Positions 45,603 through 57,610 are shown, counted from the stretch's first letter. The stretch is DNA of 64,000 bases from an uncultured Puniceicoccaceae bacterium (GCA_964473765.1 CAYYQG010000001.1:28667-92666); one strand, 5' to 3'. Program-made: numbers and translations. The notes: generated by a model from the sequence alone, not told the origin.

Positions 45603-46780
45603 CCGGAGGCGGTTGGACTGCCATTTCTCTCACCGACGTGTCTGCCGAACCACCTCTCCGATGCTGGGCCGAGATCGACCTGGCCGCGCTGGAGCGCAAC
45701 CTCAAGCGCATCCAGGCCGCCCTGCCAGCCGGTGTGCGCTACGTCGCCGTGGTCAAGGCCGACGCCTACGGGCACGGCATGGCACCGACGGCGGCCCGCC
45801 TGATGCAGAGCGGGGTCGACCTGTTTGCGGTGGCGAATGTGCGGGAGGGCGCGGCCCTGCGCGAACTCGGGGCCGGTTGGCCGGTGCTGGTACTGAGCGC
45901 GCTGCTGCCGGACGAGGATCACTGGCTCCTCGAGCATGATCTCATCGCCACGGTCTCGACGGCGGAAGAGGCGGAGCGCCTGAACGCTCTCGGTGAGCGG
46001 GCGCAGCGGCCGGTGCGCGCGCACCTCAAGATCGACACCGGGATGGGGCGGCTGGGCGTCTGGCACGAACAGGCGGCGGCGCTCTACGCCCGTCTCGCCG
46101 CCGCGCCGGGTCTGCGGCTGGAGGGCGTCTTCACCCATTTCTCCTCGGCCGACAGCGATCCGGTTTTTACGGCGAAACAACGGGAGCGCTTCCTGAAAAC
46201 CCTCGCGGCGCTCGAACCGCAACTGCCGGACGGGTGCCTCATCCACGCCGACAACAGCGCCAGCCTCGACTCGTTCCAGGCAGGCAGCCCGTTCAACGCG
46301 GTCCGCGTCGGCCTGCTCCAGTTCGGCGTACCACCCTACCCCGACTCCGTCCTCGGACGCGTCGCCGTCGAACCGGTCCTGAGCTTCCACACCCGCGTGG
46401 GCATCATTAAAGACCTTCCCGCCGGCTGTCCGGTCAGCTACGGGCGGACCCATACCCTCGCCCACGACACCCGCGTGGCGGTGTTGACCGCCGGCTACGG
46501 CGACGGCGTGCCCCTCAGCCTGAGCAACTGCGGCGAGGTGCTGGTGCGCGGAGTCGCCTGCCCCATCCTCGGACGCGTCACCATGGACCAGACCATAATC
46601 GACGTGGGTGCCGTCCCGGAAGCCGCCCCCGGAGACCGCGCCACCCTCATCGGGACCTCGGGTGACCGCGGCATTGGCCTGACCGAATTCAGCGACCGCG
46701 CCGGCACCATTCCCTGGGAAAGCCTCTGCTCCATCACCCAGCGGGTCCACCGGGTCTACCGCCAGCCGCGGGAGCTGTAG
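45578..46780 (+). CDS. alr: alanine racemase (start uncertain; may be a few codons downstream)
   Basis: [13 protein letters not shown]...[12 protein letters not shown] contains the PLP-lysine motif. C-terminal ..GRVTMDQ.. and ..IPWE.... Confidence 0.85.
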   Translation: MDAEAPPLTGGGWTAISLTDVSAEPPLRCWAEIDLAALERNLKRIQAALPAGVRYVAVVKADAYGHGMAPTAARLMQSGVDLFAVANVREGAALRELGAGWPVLVLSALLPDEDHWLLEHDLIATVSTAEEAERLNALGERAQRPVRAHLKIDTGMGRLGVWHEQAAALYARLAAAPGLRLEGVFTHFSSADSDPVFTAKQRERFLKTLAALEPQLPDGCLIHADNSASLDSFQAGSPFNAVRVGLLQFGVPPYPDSVLGRVAVEPVLSFHTRVGIIKDLPAGCPVSYGRTHTLAHDTRVAVLTAGYGDGVPLSLSNCGEVLVRGVACPILGRVTMDQTIIDVGAVPEAAPGDRATLIGTSGDRGIGLTEFSDRAGTIPWESLCSITQRVHRVYRQPREL

Positions 46781-46783
46781 CGT

Positions 46784-46840
46784 ATCGCTATCGAAATCGG
46801 GATCGGGATCGCTTCGCCCGGAACGATTTCAATTATTTTG
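46784..46840 (+). terminator. degenerate second copy of the ATCGCTATCGAAATCG inverted-repeat element, directly after the alr stop
   Basis: Shares a 16-mer ATCGCTATCGAAATCG (46784-46799) with 17084-17099. GAAATCG...CGATTTC plus inner CGGG...CCCG pairing, followed by AATTATTTT. Confidence 0.35.
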
Positions 46841-46916
46841 GAGGGCGCGGCGCGAAGCCGTTACCATCTGCTTCCACCCGCGTTCATCTGCGGTTGAAGC
46901 CTGGGTAATTTGACGC

Positions 46917-46955
46917 GGGAAAAAAGAACCCCTTCCACGTCGCCGTGAAAGGGGT
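46917..46955 (-). terminator. intrinsic terminator after the PEP-CTERM gene
   Basis: Minus strand reads AACCCCTT-TCACGGCGACGTGG-AAGGGGTT (8-bp stem plus inner CACG/CGTG), followed by CTTTTTTCC. Confidence 0.65.
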
Positions 46956-46989
46956 TGCCAATTCAGCTCCGGTGTCTCGTGTGAAAATC

Positions 46990-47823
46990 CTACCGCTTCC
47001 GGCGCAGCGCCAGGATCAGGACGAGGCTGCCGAGAAGGAACCCGTATGTCGAGGGCTCGGGAACCACGCCGATGACGTCGACGAGGTCATCGCCAAAGCG
47101 GATTTCATCGATGCGGGCGTTCGGGGAACCGCCGGGATTGAAGGTCAGCTCGGTATAGGCACCGGTGCTGCGACCGATCTTGGAATCGGCTCCCGTGCTG
47201 AAGGTCGGCGAGCCAAGGGCACCGACGCTGGAGGCATCCGAGGGGTTGAACCATAAATCGACCGTCGACTGCTTGTCGGAGTCGGTTCCGTTGCCAATGG
47301 TGGCCCGGCTGACAAACAGGTAGGTGGACCCGTCGGCAGCGGCATCGACGCCCGTGTCAAGGGCCGCTTGCACAGCACCATCGTCGGAAGCCCGGAGGAC
47401 GACGTCGCCTTCCGCATCGATCCCGAAACCCCATTCGTTCACGGTCTCGCCATTTTCAAACAAAATAAAGACATTGCCCAGCGTGTTATACTGAATCAGC
47501 CCGGAGATCCAATAGGTGTCGCCCGCACTGGCAGACGCATAGGGATCAAACACAGCGTCCGAGTTTTCCACACTGCGAGTACCAGAGGAGCCGAAATCGT
47601 AGAAGAGCGCTCCGCCCACTTCACCATTCATGGCAGTACTGGTGAGACCGCCGTCCGCGTCGTAGTCGATGACGCCTGTGTTCCCGGTGTAGTTTGAAAG
47701 ATTTCTAATGTCCGAAATGTCGGACGAACCGTAGTCAAAGCCCTCGGAAAAGAGGAGGGCCGCGCTGAGGGATGAACCGGCGGCAAAGACAGCGCCGACC
47801 GCTGTGGTGAGAAGTTTATTCAT
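46990..47823 (-). CDS. PEP-CTERM sorting-domain secreted protein
   Basis: Signal peptide (MNKLLTTAVGAVFAAGSSLSA) and a C-terminal VPEPSTYGFLLGSLVLILALRRKR PEP-CTERM anchor. ATG at 47823. Confidence 0.8.
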   Translation of the reverse strand: MNKLLTTAVGAVFAAGSSLSAALLFSEGFDYGSSDISDIRNLSNYTGNTGVIDYDADGGLTSTAMNGEVGGALFYDFGSSGTRSVENSDAVFDPYASASAGDTYWISGLIQYNTLGNVFILFENGETVNEWGFGIDAEGDVVLRASDDGAVQAALDTGVDAAADGSTYLFVSRATIGNGTDSDKQSTVDLWFNPSDASSVGALGSPTFSTGADSKIGRSTGAYTELTFNPGGSPNARIDEIRFGDDLVDVIGVVPEPSTYGFLLGSLVLILALRRKR

Positions 47824-47937
47824 GGTAGTCGTATGAGTTGGGGTTTGATATTGCGAAGAATGTGTCCCATGTCCTCGAACATCCGGCACATACTACCAAC
47901 TGCCAGCCTCCCGTCCTAGTTCCATTGGCGCAAAAAA

Positions 47938-49143
47938 ATGAAACATATACGCAGATCCGCCCGTCTGAACCTGGCCTTTGTCTGCGATTTAGGGGGAAAG
48001 TACTTTGCGGACGTCCATGCCGGCTTTCGTAATTTCTGTGCCGCCACGGACGGTATCAGCCTGGCCCGTCTGGAGGTCACCACCCGGTTAAAGGAGAATG
48101 CCTTGAACTATGTTCCGGTCGATGGCGTCATCTGCGCGCGACCGGATGGGCCGTTGTCGGTACCTTTGACGGGCCGCACGCTTCCCACCGTCAATATTTC
48201 CCATGCCGTTCGGAGCCCTTCGGTTCCGTCGATCGTCAACGACGATTTCGCCGTCGGGGCGATGGCGGCCCGTTTCCTCATGCGGCCGGGTATCCGCAGT
48301 CTCGGGTGCCTGACCAACCCCACGCCCTGGCATTCGCTCGAGCGGGCCATCGGGTTCCGCCGGGCCGTCCGCGCGGAGGGCGCGAACTGCTCCTGCCTGG
48401 TCCTGAAACATCCTGTGATCCCGCGCCCGTTCGACCAAACCCGCTACTTCAATATTTTGAACGAACAGATCACCGCTTTTTGCCGAAAGCTTCAAATACC
48501 GGCCGGCGTCTTTTGCGTTTCGGACCACCTCGCCTCCAGGCTCATCGACGCGGCCGTCGGCCTGGGGCTTCGCATTCCCGCCGACCTGCAGGTGGTGGGC
48601 TGCGACAACGACGCGGGAGTCCAGGCCGACGCCGCCATGCCCATGAGCTCGATTGAGCTGGCTGGCCGCCGTATCGGCTGGATGGCAGGGGAGACCCTCG
48701 TCCACCTATTGCGGGACGGGAACCTTCCGACGGTAACCCGGGTGGGCCCGCAACACGTTGTCGAGCGGGACACCACCGGAGCTCATTCGCATTCGGCGTT
48801 CGTGGGCAAGGCCCTCGGCATCCTCCGCAAGGAGTGCCGCGAGCCGCTGGACATGCGTTCCGTGGCCGAACGGGTGGGCGTCTCGCGGCGAAAGCTGGAG
48901 ACCGGCTTCCGGCGGGAGGTCGGGCACAGCCCCTACGAATACCTCGTCATCCAGCGGCTCGACCGGGCCCGCCACCTTCTAACGCAGACCAACCTGCGCA
49001 TCGGCGAGGTGGCCGAGGAATCCGGCTTCGGCGACCTCCGTACGCTCGGGACCTATTTCCGCCGCAACCTCGGCATGTCGCCCCGCGAGTGGAGAAAAGT
49101 CCACGACCGCGAAACCGTCGCGGCCCGGTCCGGACGAACCTAA
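47938..49143 (+). CDS. XylR-type regulator: periplasmic-binding-protein-like sugar-sensor domain plus AraC-family HTH
   Basis: LacI/PBP-like N-terminal ~270 aa. C-terminal AraC HTH ([28 protein letters not shown]...[32 protein letters not shown]). Confidence 0.8.
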   Translation: MKHIRRSARLNLAFVCDLGGKYFADVHAGFRNFCAATDGISLARLEVTTRLKENALNYVPVDGVICARPDGPLSVPLTGRTLPTVNISHAVRSPSVPSIVNDDFAVGAMAARFLMRPGIRSLGCLTNPTPWHSLERAIGFRRAVRAEGANCSCLVLKHPVIPRPFDQTRYFNILNEQITAFCRKLQIPAGVFCVSDHLASRLIDAAVGLGLRIPADLQVVGCDNDAGVQADAAMPMSSIELAGRRIGWMAGETLVHLLRDGNLPTVTRVGPQHVVERDTTGAHSHSAFVGKALGILRKECREPLDMRSVAERVGVSRRKLETGFRREVGHSPYEYLVIQRLDRARHLLTQTNLRIGEVAEESGFGDLRTLGTYFRRNLGMSPREWRKVHDRETVAARSGRT

Positions 49144-49349
49144 TCGTCAACCGCGAGGCGTTCGAGAAAAGAAATGAAGGTTCCTGGGCACAGTCTGTGA
49201 GCCCGTTCGAGTGGAAAGTTTGGAGTTCCGGCCGGTTTAATCTCTTGTCGGTGGAGGCTTTACCTGTCAAAGCCCGGCCACTCAACCGGTTGGAGCCGGT
49301 CTACTCGGAGGCATTCGGCCTCGAGGCAGGTGCTCCCCGTGTTAATGCT

Positions 49350-50849
<1,500 letters not shown>

Positions 50850-50971
50850 GAGGCTCAAGGACACCCACAGGAAATAACCTGCCGCGTGGGTTCCATGTTC
50901 GGGTATTCACCCGTTCCTCGCCGCGGATGGACGGGTCGCCTCGCCCCTGTCGAAATTTATCCGAGCCCGAA

Positions 50972-51979
50972 TCAGACCGGCGTCATCCGCCCCTTCTCGA
51001 CATCCCAGACCTTCAGGCGCAGGCAGCGCATGACCTCGACCGGGTGGAGCGAAGTGGTTCGCGGCTGCTGCAACTCGGGCATCGCCTGCATCGCCTCGGG
51101 AAGCCTGTAGAAAGGGATTTTCGCGTTCAGGTGATGGACGTGATGGTAGCCGATGTTGGCGGTGAACCAGTGCATCCAGGCGGGGACATCGAGGAAGCTC
51201 GACGACTCGAGGGCCGCCCCGTCGTAGGTCCATCCCGACTTCTCCGTATGCTTCACCGCTGGGAAATTGTGCTGCGCATAGAAGAGGTAGCAGCCGAGAC
51301 CGCCGCCGATCGCGCACGGCACCAGCAACGTCAAGGTTAGCGCCGCCCAGCCGCCGAAAAGGAACAGCGCGACGCCGACAGCTCCGTGGAGCAGCAACGC
51401 GAAGAGACCGTCCATGTGCCGGATCGGCTTGTGGATGAAGGGGAGCAGGCACATCGCAGCGGCGAAGGCCGTGAGGTAACCGCTGAAGATGGTCAACGGG
51501 TGCCGCTGGAAATGGTAGGCGATTCGTTCCTTGGAGGACGCCGCCTCGTAGCGCTCACGGGTCATGATTGGGAACGATCCGATATGGGAACCCTGGAGCT
51601 TTGAATTATGGTTGTGGTGATGGTTGTGCGAACTTTTCCAGACGCTGCTGGGGGCGAGGATCAGAAGGCCGATAATCCTCATGATCGCTTCGGCAACCTT
51701 TGAGCCGGCGAGGAGCGAGTGGTGCTGGTGGTCGTGGTAGAGCACAAAAGTGCGCACAACCAGAAGGCCGGAAAGAAGGCTGCAGGCAATCCGCAGCGGC
51801 ATTGGCCAGGGAAGGAGCGTTCCGGTGAGAGCCGCGCCGGTTAGGCCCAGCGTCGAAAGCACGGCCCACCAGCTGCGAAGCCGGGATTCAGCGGCGAATT
51901 TGCGGGTGGCGAGGATGAGCGCCTTGCCCGTGAGTGGGTCGACCGTGTGGGTCTGGGTCGCAACTTGGTTCGTCGTCAT
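50972..51979 (-). CDS. membrane fatty-acid desaturase family protein
   Basis: Three His boxes: HDHQHH, HNHHHNH and HHVHHLN. Confidence 0.85.
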   Translation of the reverse strand: MTTNQVATQTHTVDPLTGKALILATRKFAAESRLRSWWAVLSTLGLTGAALTGTLLPWPMPLRIACSLLSGLLVVRTFVLYHDHQHHSLLAGSKVAEAIMRIIGLLILAPSSVWKSSHNHHHNHNSKLQGSHIGSFPIMTRERYEAASSKERIAYHFQRHPLTIFSGYLTAFAAAMCLLPFIHKPIRHMDGLFALLLHGAVGVALFLFGGWAALTLTLLVPCAIGGGLGCYLFYAQHNFPAVKHTEKSGWTYDGAALESSSFLDVPAWMHWFTANIGYHHVHHLNAKIPFYRLPEAMQAMPELQQPRTTSLHPVEVMRCLRLKVWDVEKGRMTPV

Positions 51980-52233
51980 AGCTTTTCGATGGATGTCCGC
52001 TGGACGGCCGGTTCACCTTGGCGAGGTCGAGGACCCAGGGCGACACGGCGCGGTCAGCGCCCGTGATTGAGCGCGAAGTAGACCGTCGGAAGTACGAATT
52101 GCGAACGAAAACCGCAGTAAACGCTTTGAGGCCTTCCCGGTGTGCACAACCTGCCACGGCGCCTCTGCACACGGAAATGCAAGACACGCGGAGTCGCGAC
52201 GGACTGCGCGAAGGGGGTACCTGGTGCTGCGGG

Positions 52234-52608
52234 CTACCCCTTCAGCAGCGGCTGGTAGGCCGACTTGTAGTGCAGGAGCGCAAAAACGTTAAGCACCGCC
52301 AAAATAAGTCCCGGAGCGATGCCTTCAGGTGCCAGTGTAGCGTGGAAGACGAGGATGTTCACGGTCACCGGACTCAGGACAAGCAGCATGAGCGCCGCGA
52401 ACTTGTTCGCCAGAAGGGCTGTGGCGGTGGCGAGGTAGATGATCCCCAGCAGCGGAAATAGGATACCCGTGCTGGCGACCGCCTGCAGGTAGGCCTGGGC
52501 CGGTTCCGGCATCGGCGGCATGGCCATGAAGTGCAGGAATTTGTTCAGGCCGAAGACAATGAGCATCAGTGCCAGCAGGTAGCGGGCGATCAGGGTAACT
52601 TTTTGCAT
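52234..52608 (-). CDS. DoxX-like four-helix membrane protein
   Basis: 124 aa, four hydrophobic helices, N-terminus ARYLLALMLIVFGLNKF as in DoxX-family proteins. Confidence 0.5.
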   Translation of the reverse strand: MQKVTLIARYLLALMLIVFGLNKFLHFMAMPPMPEPAQAYLQAVASTGILFPLLGIIYLATATALLANKFAALMLLVLSPVTVNILVFHATLAPEGIAPGLILAVLNVFALLHYKSAYQPLLKG

Positions 52609-52749
52609 GGTTGAGGGGGGTGGTCGTTCTGTTTAATGACGCCTCCCATTCGGGAGAACAACGGATGTATAGGGATGGGATACCAACGCTGGATTTTATT
52701 CCAAGCCAATAGACAACGGCAAAACACAAAGGACCAACTTCCCGCCCTT

Positions 52750-52959
52750 CCGCCTCCGCCAAGCCTACGGCGTGACATGTCGGGCACCCCTCCTTTAAAA
52801 GGCGCTGCGCGACCTCCCCGCCCTTCGGGCACCCCTCCTTTAAAAGGAGGGGAGTCTGTTAGGGTGTTCCAACTCCTCCCCCCGTGAGGCTAGGGCAGTC
52901 TGTTTGATCCAACTCCTCCCCTTAAAAAGGGGAGGTGCCCAAAGGGCGGAGGGGTCCCG
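52750..52959. repeat. composite hairpin/TIR repeat element (left copy, abuts the DUF559 stop)
   Basis: Shares its opening CCGCCTCCGC..AGCCTACGGCGTGAC..GTCGGGCACCC..AAAAGGCGCTGCGCGACC and its end GGGGAGGTGCCC.AAGGGCGGAGGGGTCCCG with the 53.4-kb copy. Imperfect 28-bp terminal inverted repeats at 52811-52838 and 52929-52956. Two internal ~40-bp units. Confidence 0.8.
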
Positions 52960-52960
52960 A

Positions 52961-53353
52961 CTATCCCTGACCGCGCTTCCCCCGACCAAACGACGCCCGG
53001 ATCTCATCGAGTACCCAGTCGGTTGATTCAAAAACCATGCGATTCTCAAACCTCAGCTCGCGGATACCAAAGGAAGCGAGAAAACGGGTCCGCTCGAGAT
53101 CGTACAGGCCTGCCATCGGACTGTTATGTGATTCCCCATCCAGCTCCACCGCAAGGCGCTCTGCCGGGCAGTAGAAATCAAGAACGTACCCCGCGATACT
53201 ATGCTGCCGTCGAAACCGGCGCCCGTCCAATTGCCGGTTCTTCAGGCACGTCCAAAGCTTCGCCTCGGCCGGAGTCAACTGCTGACGCAGGCGCCTCCGG
53301 AATCCCTTGAGCCGAGGAAGGTTGTTCAATTGTCTTCGTTCGGTTCGATCCAC
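52961..53353 (-). CDS. DUF559 endonuclease-domain protein (Vsr-like/PD-(D/E)xK fold)
   Basis: LTPAEAKLWTCLKNRQLDGRRFRRQHSIAGYVLDFYCPAERLAVELDGESH is the canonical DUF559 pattern. GTG start. Confidence 0.8.
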   Translation of the reverse strand: MDRTERRQLNNLPRLKGFRRRLRQQLTPAEAKLWTCLKNRQLDGRRFRRQHSIAGYVLDFYCPAERLAVELDGESHNSPMAGLYDLERTRFLASFGIRELRFENRMVFESTDWVLDEIRASFGRGKRGQG

Positions 53354-53420
53354 TCATCAAAACGAACGTTTAATAAACAAGCTATCAAGTTTTTTCGACG
53401 TCAACCTACCTCCCCGCTCT

Positions 53421-53712
53421 CCCGCCTCCGCACAGCCTACGGCGTGACGCGTCGGGCACCCGTGCTGCAAAAGGCGCTGCGCGACCCCTCCGCCCTTCGG
53501 GCACCTCCCCTTTTTAAGGGGAGGAGTCTATTATTGTGATCCAACACCGCCCCACGCGAAACCAAGGCAGTCTGTACAATCAAACTCCTCCCCCGCGTGA
53601 AGTGAGGGCAGTCTGTACGATCCAACTCCTCCCCCCGTGAGGCGAGGGCAGTCTGTACGATCCAACTCCTCCCCTTTCCAAGGGGAGGTGCCCGAAGGGC
53701 GGAGGGGTCCCG
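53421..53712. repeat. composite hairpin/TIR repeat element (right copy, upstream of DUF559)
   Basis: Perfect 28-bp terminal inverted repeats: GACCCCTCCGCCCTTCGGGCACCTCCCC (53483-53510) and its exact reverse complement (53682-53709). These enclose about four tandem 40-41-bp units (unit starts near 53524, 53566, 53607, 53647). Confidence 0.85.
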
Positions 53713-53763
53713 TCCGACCTCCCGACTGGACCCATCCCTGAACCCGCCCGAGAGCCGGTAGGC

Positions 53764-55209
53764 CTAATACCTGTAGTGGTCTGACTTGTACGGACCGTCC
53801 TGGGGCACGCCGATGTAGTCGGCCTGCTCCTTGGAGAGGCGTGTCAGTTTGCAGCCGATTTTCTCGAGGTGCAGGCGGGCAACTTCCTCGTCGAGGTGCT
53901 TGGGCAGGATGTAAACCCCGGGGGTGTACTTCTCGAGGTTTTCCCAGAGGTCGATCTGCGCCAGCACCTGGTTGGTGAAGCTGTTCGACATGACGAAGGA
54001 GGGGTGGCCGGTGGCACAGCCGAGATTGACCAGGCGGCCTTTGGCCAGCAGGTAGATGCTATTGCCACCGGGGAAGGTGTACTTGTCCACCGCGCCGTGG
54101 GCTTCCTCCTTGATGACCTCGACCTTGACGCCCTCCATCTTGTTGAGGTTGTCGACCTGGATTTCGTTATCGAAGTGGCCGATGTTGCAGACGATGGCCT
54201 GGTCCTTCATCCGCGCCATGTGGTCGGCGGTGATGATGCTGAAGTTGCCGGTGGTGGTGACGTAGATATCGCCCCAGCCGAGGGTGTCTTCGAGGCGAAG
54301 CACGCGAAAGCCCTCCATGGCGGCCTGGAGAGCGCAGATCGGGTCGATCTCGGTAACGACCACTTGGGCGCCTTGGGCGCGCAGCGCCTGGGCGCAGCCC
54401 TTGCCGACGTCGCCGTAGCCGCAGACGACCCCGACCTTGCCGGAAATCATGACGTCGGTGGCACGCTTGATCCCATCGACGAGGGACTCGCGGCAGCCGT
54501 AGAGGTTGTCGAATTTGCTCTTGGTGACCGAGTCGTTAACGTTCACGGCCGGCACCAGAAGAGAACCCTTCTTCTGCATCTCGTACAGGCGGTGGACCCC
54601 GGTGGTGGTCTCCTCGGAGACGCCCTTCCATTCCTTGACCACCTCGTGCCAATGCAACGGGTCCTCACCCTTGATCCGGCGCAGCAGGTCCTTGATCACG
54701 CTCTCCTCCTCGCTCGACGAGGGCAGTTCGACCCAGTCGGAGCCGTTCTCCAGCTCATAGCCCTTGTGGATGAGCAGTGTGGCGTCGCCCCCGTCATCGA
54801 CGATGAGTTGCGGACCCTTCCCGTCCGGCCAGGTCAAGGCTTGGTGCGTGCACCACCAGTACTCCTCGAGGGTCTCGCCCTTCCAGGCAAAAACCGGCAC
54901 TTTCAGGTTCTTGGCCACGTACGCGGCGGCGTGGTCCTGGGTGGAAAAGATGTTGCAGGAGCACCAGCGCACATCCGCCCCCAATTCCTTGAGGGTTTCG
55001 ATCAGGACCGCCGTCTGGATGGTCATGTGGAGCGAGCCCATGATGCGCACGCCGGCCAGCGGCTTTGATTCCGCATACTTTTCGCGCGTGGCCATGAGGC
55101 CGGGCATTTCGTGCTGGGCGATCTCGACTTCCTTGCGGCCGAAATCGGCCAGACCGATGTTGGCCACCTTGTAGTCGGTGTCTGTTTTGGTGATCGTTTC
55201 TGTTGTCAT
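53764..55209 (-). CDS. ahcY: adenosylhomocysteinase
   Basis: [31 protein letters not shown]-binding [10 protein letters not shown], and C-terminal ..[10 protein letters not shown]. Confidence 0.95.
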   Translation of the reverse strand: MTTETITKTDTDYKVANIGLADFGRKEVEIAQHEMPGLMATREKYAESKPLAGVRIMGSLHMTIQTAVLIETLKELGADVRWCSCNIFSTQDHAAAYVAKNLKVPVFAWKGETLEEYWWCTHQALTWPDGKGPQLIVDDGGDATLLIHKGYELENGSDWVELPSSSEEESVIKDLLRRIKGEDPLHWHEVVKEWKGVSEETTTGVHRLYEMQKKGSLLVPAVNVNDSVTKSKFDNLYGCRESLVDGIKRATDVMISGKVGVVCGYGDVGKGCAQALRAQGAQVVVTEIDPICALQAAMEGFRVLRLEDTLGWGDIYVTTTGNFSIITADHMARMKDQAIVCNIGHFDNEIQVDNLNKMEGVKVEVIKEEAHGAVDKYTFPGGNSIYLLAKGRLVNLGCATGHPSFVMSNSFTNQVLAQIDLWENLEKYTPGVYILPKHLDEEVARLHLEKIGCKLTRLSKEQADYIGVPQDGPYKSDHYRY

Positions 55210-55293
55210 GATATAAAGTTCATTTGCCCGCGAAGGGCGCGAAAAAGGCGCTCGGGTTTCCTGGTGTCACTTGGCGTCGCTTCTGGTGAAACC

Positions 55294-56457
55294 CTAGACA
55301 GCCGCCTTTAGTTCGTCCGCCTTGGCGGTCGATTCCCAGGGCAGGTTTTCCTTGGCGAAATGGCCGTAGTTGGTCGATTCGCGGTAGATCGGACGGAGCA
55401 GGTCGAGCTGGCTCACGATGTCCGCCGGCTTGAAGCTGAATACCTTCTGTGCGGCTTCTGAAATCTTCGAGTCGGCCACCGTTCCGGTGCCAAAAGTATC
55501 GACGTGCACGCTGGTCGGGTACGGATGCCCGATGGCGTAGGCCACCTGCAGCTCGCACTTGCTGGCCAGTCCGGCCGCGACCACGTTCTTCGCCACCCAG
55601 CGGGTGAAATACGCCGCCGAGCGGTCGACCTTCGACGGATCCTTGCCGGAGAAGGCACCCCCGCCGTGCCGGGCCCAGCCGCCATAGGTGTCGACGATGA
55701 TCTTCCGACCGGTCAGTCCGGCATCGCCCTGCGGACCACCGACGACAAACTTGCCCGTCGGATTGATGAGAAACTCGGTCTTGTCCGTAATCAGCTCCGC
55801 GGGAAGCACCTTACGGATCACTTCCTCCACGCAGAAGTCCCGGATCTGCTTGTGCGACGCGCTGGCCGCGTGCTGGGTGGAAATAACCACGTTCGTCAGG
55901 CACTTGGGCTTGCCGTCCACAAACTCCACCGCCACCTGGCTCTTCACGTCCGGCCGCAGCCAAGCCACCTTCTCGTCTTTGCGCTGACGCGCCATTTCCC
56001 GCAGTAGACGGTGGGCGTACATGATCGGGGCCGGCATCAGCTCGGGTGTCTGGTCGCAGGCATACCCGAACATGATCCCCTGGTCGCCCGCACCCTGCTC
56101 CGCCGTTCCTTTGCCCTCGGCCTGCGCCGCGTCCACCCCCTGGGAGATATCCGGCGACTGCGAGGTCAGGATATTGGACACAAAAACCTTGTCGGCATGA
56201 AAAACATCGTCGTCGTTGACGTACCCGATGTCCCGGATCGCGTCGCGCACCACCTGTTCGTAATTCAGCTTCGCCTGCGTCGTGATCTCGCCGGCGAGAA
56301 AGACGCAGTTGCTCTTGACCAGCGTCTCACAGGCTACCCGGCTCTTCGGATCCTGCTCGAAACAGGCGTCCAGAACGCTGTCGGAGATGTAGTCCGAAAC
56401 CTTGTCCGGATGGCCCTCGCCAACCGACTCGGAAGAAAAAATGAAGTGGTCGTCCAT
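55294..56457 (-). CDS. metK: methionine adenosyltransferase
   Basis: [28 protein letters not shown], and [19 protein letters not shown]. Confidence 0.95.
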   Translation of the reverse strand: MDDHFIFSSESVGEGHPDKVSDYISDSVLDACFEQDPKSRVACETLVKSNCVFLAGEITTQAKLNYEQVVRDAIRDIGYVNDDDVFHADKVFVSNILTSQSPDISQGVDAAQAEGKGTAEQGAGDQGIMFGYACDQTPELMPAPIMYAHRLLREMARQRKDEKVAWLRPDVKSQVAVEFVDGKPKCLTNVVISTQHAASASHKQIRDFCVEEVIRKVLPAELITDKTEFLINPTGKFVVGGPQGDAGLTGRKIIVDTYGGWARHGGGAFSGKDPSKVDRSAAYFTRWVAKNVVAAGLASKCELQVAYAIGHPYPTSVHVDTFGTGTVADSKISEAAQKVFSFKPADIVSQLDLLRPIYRESTNYGHFAKENLPWESTAKADELKAAV

Positions 56458-56620
56458 TCTGCAAAACTGGAAATCGCGACAGCGATTGCAAGCCTTACAT
56501 CAACGTATCGGGATATTTTGATGGGAAGAGCCGACCAGCGGGGTCGGATAGTCCAGTATCCCTACAGTTAACCGCACAACCGCGAACCGAAAAGCGGTCC
56601 ACCCTCCCCCACCGACAACT

Positions 56621-56669
<49 letters not shown>

Positions 56670-56683
56670 AATCCCCAGCCACC

Positions 56684-57610
56684 TCAGGAAACCACCTTCT
56701 TCAGCGTATCCTGGAGGGCGGCGGCGGAGCGGGTGAGGCCTTGGGCCTCTTTGGGCCAGAGGTCCAGTTCGACATGTTCGACGACGCCGCGCCGACCGAG
56801 GAGGGTGGGCACGCTGATGCAGGTATTCCGGATGCCATAGGGTCCGTTGACGAGGGAGGACACGGGCAACATCTGGCGTCTGTCGAGGGCGACGGCGTGG
56901 ATAATTTCGGCGATGGTGGCGCCGACAGCCCAGCCGGCACCGCCCTTGCGGCTGATGACTTCCGCCCCGCTCTTTTTGGTGCGGTCGAAAATCTGGTTTT
57001 GCAGGGCCGGGGTGACCTGTTTCAGACCGGAGAGCGGCAGTCCGCCGACGGTGGCGGAGGACCAGACCGGGACCATGGAGTCGCCATGTTCGCCGAGGAT
57101 CAAGGCCTTCACCTGGGTGGGTGCGAGCTTGAGGGTGTCGGCGATGAGGGAGCGGAAGCGGGCGGTGTCGAGCATGGTGCCGAGGCCAAAGACCTGGCTA
57201 TGGTGCACGTCGAAGAAAGCGGTGGCCAACTGGGTGAGAATATCAACCGGGTTGGAGACGACGAAGAAGCGCGCGCACTTCTTGTAACCTGCATCGCGGA
57301 TGCTGCCCATGATCTGGGAGAAGAGGGAGACGTTACGGTTGATCAGGTCGAGGCGGGACTCATCCGGCTTCCGGCGCAGGCCGGCGGTGATGAGGAAGAG
57401 ATCGCTGTCCTTGGCCCGCTCGTAATCGCCCGCGTAGATACGCTGGTCGGCCAGAGAGGAAGAGCCGTGGAGGAGGTCGAGGGCCTCGCCCTCGGCCAGC
57501 GCCTGATTGGCGTCGAGGATCTGGATTTCCGAGACGATGCCCGCGCACTGCAGGGCAAAAGCGGCGTTCGAACCGACGCGGCCTCCGCCGCCGATGATGG
57601 AGACTTTCAT
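56684..57610 (-). CDS. mdh: NAD-dependent LDH/MDH-family dehydrogenase, probably an LDH-like malate dehydrogenase
   Basis: KVSIIGGGGRVGS Rossmann motif. The loop ITAGLRRKPDESRLDL places Arg at the position aligned with Gln102 of LDH (AGANQKPGETRLDL). Arg at that position marks malate/oxaloacetate specificity. Confidence 0.6.
   Translation of the reverse strand: MKVSIIGGGGRVGSNAAFALQCAGIVSEIQILDANQALAEGEALDLLHGSSSLADQRIYAGDYERAKDSDLFLITAGLRRKPDESRLDLINRNVSLFSQIMGSIRDAGYKKCARFFVVSNPVDILTQLATAFFDVHHSQVFGLGTMLDTARFRSLIADTLKLAPTQVKALILGEHGDSMVPVWSSATVGGLPLSGLKQVTPALQNQIFDRTKKSGAEVISRKGGAGWAVGATIAEIIHAVALDRRQMLPVSSLVNGPYGIRNTCISVPTLLGRRGVVEHVELDLWPKEAQGLTRSAAALQDTLKKVVS

Noticed and set aside
50859-50894. 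Terminator between the convergent DEAD-box helicase and desaturase genes
   Set aside because: There is only a 6+3-bp bulged stem (GGA-C-ACCCAC / GTGGGTTCC) with a 17-nt loop and no U-run. That is too weak to call, although it contains one copy of the GGACACCCA motif.
53524-53680. Possible CRISPR array, given regular ~40-bp periodicity near a nuclease-like gene
   Set aside because: The units are contiguous tandem repeats with no unique spacers between them. The block is enclosed by 28-bp inverted repeats, and there are no cas genes in the window.
55210-55293. SAH riboswitch upstream of ahcY
   Set aside because: A GGGUUUC...GAAACCC stem and GC-rich segments are present. The conserved SAH-riboswitch core I remember (GAGGAGCGCUGC...AGGCUCGG...ACGGCGCUC) is not recognisable. 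Only an 84-nt spacer follows metK, so the two genes may simply be co-transcribed.
56458-56620. SAM riboswitch in the metK leader
   Set aside because: The leader has a 6-bp hairpin (AAUCGC-UGUC-GCGAUU) near the start codon. I could not match SAM-I, SAM-II/V or SAM-SAH consensus features by eye; for example, there is no AAAGCU 3' element. A covariance-model scan (Rfam/Infernal) would be decisive.
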